Below, one piece after another: positions 62,848 to 64,000 of a DNA stretch of 64,000 bases (position 1 is the stretch's first letter; each line of letters opens with the position of its first letter). This DNA comes from Spirochaetia bacterium. GTDB taxonomy: Bacteria; Spirochaetota; Spirochaetia; SZUA-6; Bin103. The notes under the pieces were generated by a model. That model was not told where the DNA came from. It worked only from the letters and a program-made list of their open reading frames with translations, and made no database searches. The stretch is from assembly GCA_965199955.1 (NCBI GenBank), contig CBDATQ010000001.1, positions 1,792,001 to 1,856,000 on the forward strand, written 5' to 3'. A program made the position numbers and the translations under genes.

Positions 62848-63954
62848 ACCAGCAAGCGGTGGTTGCGGAGCGTTCGGGTGGAATGACGCCGAGCGGAGGA
62901 TTGTGAGGTCCGCACCGTTGGCGGGCGCGACGACGGCCCGTTCGAGGATGCGCTGCAGACGCTCCGCGCCGATCTCGGCACGGGCATTGACGACCACGTG
63001 GAGCTGACGGTCGCTGAGCCGGTCGAGCTGGTGCAGATCGTCGAGCAGCGCCTGTCCGGGTGCATCGTCCGCCCCGGTGTGGCTGATCTTGACGTCGTAC
63101 AGGTGATCCCGGATCAGGAACTTCACGTGGCCGATGGCGTCCGCCTCGTCGCGGACCTCGGCGACGACAGCGCGCACCAGGCGGCTGGCGGCTGCTCGGG
63201 CGCCTCCCTCGGCTGTGTCCACCCGGACTTCCGCGTCGAGCCAGGCAAGCGCTTCCTCGCCGGCCCCGTAGCGCGCGTAGTCGATGCCCAGATCGCAGGC
63301 GCCGGCGGCTGCGGTGGCCGGATGATCGGGATCGCAGAGCGCGTCGACCCATCCGGCCACGCCGGCCGGCGTGCGTCCGTCCTGACAGAGCACGGTCTGA
63401 CCCGGCACGGGGATGCCGGACCCGTTGCAGGAAGCGGGTAATGAGGGCGGATCGGTCATCAGATCCCACTTGCTCGCCACCAGCAGCGGTGCCTCGCGGA
63501 GCTGTTCCAGGAACAGATACTCGAGGTCGCCGGACCACGGTAGCGGCTCGCCCGACTGGAGCCGGATCAGCACCCGGGCGTCCACCATCGCCGTGAACGA
63601 CACCCGATCGACCGGTCCGGACGCCGACCCGAGCAGCGGCCGCACCACGGTCGCGACCAGGTCGGTGCAGGAGCCCACCGCCTCAGCGAACACGTGCCGG
63701 GCGCCGCCACGGAGCGCCTCGGCCAGCAACTCGACCAGTTCGTCGTAGCGACAACAGAAGCAACCACCCGTCACTTCGCGAGTCGGATGCGACCCCTGCA
63801 GGAACGCCGTGTCCACCAGCAATGTGCCTTGGTCGTTGGTGATGACGGACGCGGCCTCGCCACGCTGCCGCAGCAGCTCGCAGGCACTGCGGATGGCCGT
63901 GGTCTTGCCGCTGCCCAGGAATCCGCCGACCAAGTGGACCGTAACGGTCGTCAT
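62785..63954 (-). CDS. CobW-like G3E metal-chaperone GTPase
   Basis: 'GGFLGSGKTT', 'ITNDQG', 'GGCFCC', 'EAVGSCTDL'. Confidence 0.88.
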   Translation of the reverse strand: MTTVTVHLVGGFLGSGKTTAIRSACELLRQRGEAASVITNDQGTLLVDTAFLQGSHPTREVTGGCFCCRYDELVELLAEALRGGARHVFAEAVGSCTDLVATVVRPLLGSASGPVDRVSFTAMVDARVLIRLQSGEPLPWSGDLEYLFLEQLREAPLLVASKWDLMTDPPSLPASCNGSGIPVPGQTVLCQDGRTPAGVAGWVDALCDPDHPATAAAGACDLGIDYARYGAGEEALAWLDAEVRVDTAEGGARAAASRLVRAVVAEVRDEADAIGHVKFLIRDHLYDVKISHTGADDAPGQALLDDLHQLDRLSDRQLHVVVNARAEIGAERLQRILERAVVAPANGADLTILRSASFHPNAPQPPLAGSFANDLEAQTPERLDNPPTR

Positions 63955-64000
63955 ATCACCGGAAGAGTGCCCGCGGGCGCGACCAGAACGTGTGGTCAAC

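Overview
A high-GC bacterial chromosomal segment; the signal peptide 'VFGSGEEE' on one binding protein weakly suggests Spirochaetaceae. It is dominated by nutrient-uptake and catabolic loci: three carbohydrate (CUT1-type) ABC cassettes, one peptide/nickel-family (Opp-type) ABC system, and many uncharacterised glycosidase-like proteins (four GHL10-like TIM barrels, three 5-bladed beta-propellers, a sialidase-like BNR protein, NamZ, GH63, a VPS10/BNR protein). It also carries a cysH-cysD-cysN(C) sulfate-activation cluster and an acoXABC acetoin dehydrogenase operon. Interspersed are lower-GC accessory islands: a nitrilase-LRR fusion next to IS256, IS630 next to a HEPN-like gene, a putative toxin-antitoxin pair, hipBST and MNT-HEPN. 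The most distinctive feature is a dense set of deletion scars: short recognisable fragments of toxin, defence and enzyme genes (BrnT, PD-(D/E)XK, HsdR, HicB/HicA, creatininase, an esterase, and a propeller gene collapsed to 42 codons) fused at gene boundaries. No rRNA, tRNA or CRISPR array was seen. All family assignments come from motif recognition by eye, not from database searches.
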